This document shows, piece after piece, positions 37,210-40,000 of a stretch of DNA of 40,000 nucleotides. Origin of the DNA: Acinetobacter johnsonii. Lineage in GTDB: Bacteria > Pseudomonadota > Gammaproteobacteria > Pseudomonadales > Moraxellaceae. The first letter of the stretch is position 1, and each line of letters opens with the position of its first letter. Made by a program: the position numbers and the translations under genes. The stretch is from assembly GCF_048551975.1 (NCBI RefSeq), contig NZ_JBIMCF010000015.1, positions 4,244 through 44,243 of the forward strand. The letters are read 5' to 3'. Under the pieces are notes generated by a model that saw only the letters and a list, made by a program, of their open reading frames with translations, had not been told where the DNA came from and made no database searches.

Positions 37210-39095
37210 TCTCCCTCACCAAACCTTAAACTGGCAATAATTTTGGTACAGCCTTTTTCAGATTCGATATTTAGCTCAGCACCAATTTTTTGTAAACGCA
37301 TTTTCATACTACGCATACCAATGCCCATCCCGTGGTTAAGCACACACTCCGCATTAAAACCTACGCCATCATCCTGAATAATCATGACTAAGTGAGTTGT
37401 ACTTGGATAATACATTTTTACATCAATATGCCGTGCTTGGCTGTGCTTCATAATATTGGTCAGACTTTCTTCAAGCACACGAATTAAAGTCAAACATTGT
37501 AGTGCTGTCGGTTGTATTTCCCATGCCTCCGGAATGCTCCAAGTCGCCTCAATATCTAGCTCATCCATGATCTGACTAAACCGATGCCGAACAGGAGCAA
37601 TCCATAACACCGGATTATCTGGCGTTTTGTTATTGGTTAAAGAACCGCTGTCAATAATTTGTCTTAAATCATCTCGAAGCAATTTGAGGATAGATAAAAA
37701 TTGTTGATTCGACATGGTACTAGAGCTCTGATCCACCAAAATCATGGAACGAACCAAAGATGCACCCAGACCATCGTGCAAATCATGTGCTAAATGAATA
37801 CGCTCTTGTAAGCGGACATTTTCAAGCTCTAATTGATGTCGAGCATATAAACTAGAGGAAAGGTTACTGGTCACAAAGCTCACTCGTTGCTCAAGCTCAC
37901 TATTAAATCTTTGAATCTTTTTAATATTTTTATCTAACCGTGTTGCGAGAATAATCACAATAAAAAAAGTGATCACCGGTGAGGTATACGGTGACAAAGG
38001 CTGATGGTCATTAATATGACCATCAAAAAGTAGTGAAAGATCATAAAGCATAACAATAAGAATCACGCCTAAACAAACAGCCAATAAAGTATAATCAGGG
38101 CGCTTCGTTTTATAAGCACGATAAATCACAAAACAGAATGATGCGATAAAAAGCACAATACACAATAAAAAAATCACCGCAGTTACGATATTAACCATCA
38201 AACTAGGGATAAATAAGATGGTAACAATACACACCGCAGCAACTAAAAATAAGGTTTTTTCTAATTCAGCAAACTTTGTTCTTACAAAACGCAGCAGGTA
38301 AATGCAAAAGCAAACATTGTATAAAACAAAAAAAGTCAGATTAGTTTTCATGACCCACAAAGAGTTTGGATAAGGAAACACTTCGCGATTGATGACATTC
38401 CAAATAAACAATACCCAAAACAAACAGCTAACAGAAAACCAAAAAAATGTCGTTTCATTGCGTCTAAAAAACCAGATAACAAAACACACCAACCCTAAGG
38501 TAGTAGAAATAACTAAGTTAACTTGAAACAGTGCTCTCTTGTTCCAAATTCGTTTTTGTTGTTTATCATATGCTGTTGTGATATCAGAAAATTCTAGATT
38601 ACCTAAACCCGGACTCTCATAGCTATTGCCAACGACATAGACCCAAATGTCATTGTTTTTTTGTTTTAAGCTTTCGACAGGAAGGATCCAAAAACGCGGG
38701 GTGTTCCAACTTTTGGATAGAGGCTCAACTAAATGCTTATCTTTCCAAAGTAAATTTCGATTAAAAAAAACAGCGCCTGCGCTACTCATGCCCTCTACAG
38801 AAAATGCTAAAGGCTGCTTCATTTCATTACTGTCGTTACAACTCCAATGCCAATTAAAATGGTACCAAACGCCGCCATCGTAATGTGGCCAGCGTTCTGT
38901 CCATACGTCAGGATTTTTGACCTCTACCCATCCCGTCTTCGGAACAACATCGATAGAACTTGTTTTCACCGCAGAAATTTTATCGACATTCACTTTACAA
39001 GTTGGACTAACAACAAAGTTTGTTTGTGCGGAACTGGCAAAACTAAGCACACACAAACACAGTGTGACAAAAATGCTCAGCCAACCATTTCTCAT
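37197..39095 (-). CDS. 7TMR-DISM-type sensor histidine kinase (HisKA_3/HATPase_c)
   Basis: Signal peptide, then a periplasmic domain of about 170 aa (...WYHFNWHWSC...), then seven hydrophobic helices. A HisKA_3 H-box (LAHDLHDGLGASL) and an ATPase domain (DDGVGF, GMGIGMRSM) follow. Confidence 0.85.
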   Translation of the reverse strand: MRNGWLSIFVTLCLCVLSFASSAQTNFVVSPTCKVNVDKISAVKTSSIDVVPKTGWVEVKNPDVWTERWPHYDGGVWYHFNWHWSCNDSNEMKQPLAFSVEGMSSAGAVFFNRNLLWKDKHLVEPLSKSWNTPRFWILPVESLKQKNNDIWVYVVGNSYESPGLGNLEFSDITTAYDKQQKRIWNKRALFQVNLVISTTLGLVCFVIWFFRRNETTFFWFSVSCLFWVLFIWNVINREVFPYPNSLWVMKTNLTFFVLYNVCFCIYLLRFVRTKFAELEKTLFLVAAVCIVTILFIPSLMVNIVTAVIFLLCIVLFIASFCFVIYRAYKTKRPDYTLLAVCLGVILIVMLYDLSLLFDGHINDHQPLSPYTSPVITFFIVIILATRLDKNIKKIQRFNSELEQRVSFVTSNLSSSLYARHQLELENVRLQERIHLAHDLHDGLGASLVRSMILVDQSSSTMSNQQFLSILKLLRDDLRQIIDSGSLTNNKTPDNPVLWIAPVRHRFSQIMDELDIEATWSIPEAWEIQPTALQCLTLIRVLEESLTNIMKHSQARHIDVKMYYPSTTHLVMIIQDDGVGFNAECVLNHGMGIGMRSMKMRLQKIGAELNIESEKGCTKIIASLRFGEGESAE

Positions 39096-39778
39096 AAAAT
39101 ACCTAAAGAACGCGCAGTGCTGACTGCTTTGGTTCTTTTTGAAACAGAAAGCTTGCGGTAAATATGCTTAATATGGCTTTCAACGGTATAGCGCGAAACA
39201 AATAATTGCTCAGCAATTTCGCGGTTACTCAGGCCTTGTGCCACCAAGTTTAGAATTTCAGTTTCTCGATTAGTGAGTTGGTCATAGTCCTGACCATCTA
39301 ACTGCTCTACACGCTCAGTTTGGGGGGTATTTGATGTTGAGATTTGATTTAATATTTCACGTGCAATAAAGGGGTCAATCGGTGCACCACCGCGCAAAAT
39401 ACTCCGTATCGACATCAGCACTTCGGCATCATCACGTTCTTTCAATACATAACCATTCGCTCCCGCTTTAATCGAGGCAAATAAGCTTTGCTGTGTACTC
39501 CATGCCGAAATCACTAGAATTAATGCGCTTTCATCTATGCCTCTGAGTTTTTCAATTAAAGTGATGCCATTTCCATCAGGTAACCCTAAATCGACTAAGG
39601 CTAAAGAAATCGGTTGTGAGGCAATGATTTGCATGGCTTCAGCTAAATTTTTAGCAAAAATCAGCATATCTTGACTATAGCCCAGTTCTGACAGAATTAG
39701 ATCTAGACGTGAGCGAATCATGGCTTCATCTTCCACGATTAAAACAGGTGCAGGCAAAACAGTTTCCTTATTTTTCAC
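39092..39778 (-). CDS. NarL/LuxR-family response regulator
   Basis: REC domain (VLIVEDE...DLGLPDG...) plus a C-terminal LuxR HTH (LTNRETEILNLVAQGLSNREIAEQLFVSRYTVESHIKHIYRKL). GTG start with a GGGGAAG ribosome-binding site. Its stop overlaps the kinase ATG (ATGA). Confidence 0.9.
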   Translation of the reverse strand: MKNKETVLPAPVLIVEDEAMIRSRLDLILSELGYSQDMLIFAKNLAEAMQIIASQPISLALVDLGLPDGNGITLIEKLRGIDESALILVISAWSTQQSLFASIKAGANGYVLKERDDAEVLMSIRSILRGGAPIDPFIAREILNQISTSNTPQTERVEQLDGQDYDQLTNRETEILNLVAQGLSNREIAEQLFVSRYTVESHIKHIYRKLSVSKRTKAVSTARSLGIL

Positions 39779-40000
39779 TGAAACTTCCCCTTTTTCTTAT
39801 CATTCTTGAACCACACTATACCGATGCAAGCTTGGCCTAACCTATCCCTAGAAGTAAGTAATTTATAATTTTTTCTTTTGAACAATAAGCGCTTGTTCAT
39901 ATTCATTTTATATACTTTAAATTCTTAAAGATATCAATCTATATAAAATTTATCCATGATTTTAATATTGGATTCCTCCTGTAAATAATAAGGGGCGTAA

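Noticed and set aside
37180-37377. 65-aa plus-strand ORF after roxA, and the plus-strand ORFs at 38647-39161
   Set aside because: They are antisense to the histidine kinase gene and show no independent signals.
1-40000. Scan for CRISPR arrays, IS elements or transposases, integrases, tRNA/rRNA genes and long direct repeats
   Set aside because: None was recognised by eye: no repeat-spacer periodicity, no DDE or tyrosine-recombinase-like ORF, and no tRNA-like cloverleaf in the intergenic regions examined. A computational scan (tRNAscan-SE, ISfinder, repeat finder) would be needed to exclude small elements.

Overview
This 40-kb chromosomal window has gene content, gene order and AT-rich codon usage that look like an Acinetobacter-type (Moraxellaceae) gammaproteobacterium. 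That assignment is inferred from recognisable protein sequences and was not checked by search. Most of the window is core housekeeping. In order it contains: hupB; a divergent phasin-like / SCP2-like gene pair; a complete iscR-iscSUA-hscBA-fdx Fe-S cluster operon with an IscR-type palindrome over its promoter; a HIT hydrolase followed by a polytopic class III nucleotidyl cyclase; mfd; a proline utilisation locus (putP, an Lrp/AsnC regulator, putA); trmA; glnS; ppiB; lpxH; a nitroreductase; an EamA transporter; fba, a lipoprotein gene and pgk; DUF2237-maf; roxA; and a 7TMR-DISM histidine kinase with a NarL-type response regulator. I saw no rRNA, tRNA, CRISPR array, transposase, integrase or obvious prophage gene. 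I cannot point to a clearly novel multi-gene system. The candidates worth a second look are small, low-GC, accessory-looking islets wedged between core genes. (1) 13.2-14.8 kb: an orphan 121-aa gene plus about 1.15 kb without any ORF of 60 aa or more, but with stop- and frameshift-interrupted protein-like frames. (2) 22.1-23.8 kb: two tiny monocistronic genes and a tail-anchored LRAT/PLAAT-like NlpC/P60 protein. (3) 28.6-29.5 kb: a very AT-rich two-TM protein of possible superinfection-exclusion type, next to a frameshifted gene remnant. (4) 35.4-35.8 kb: an orphan membrane protein. All functional calls come from reading the translated ORFs, and none was verified by database search.
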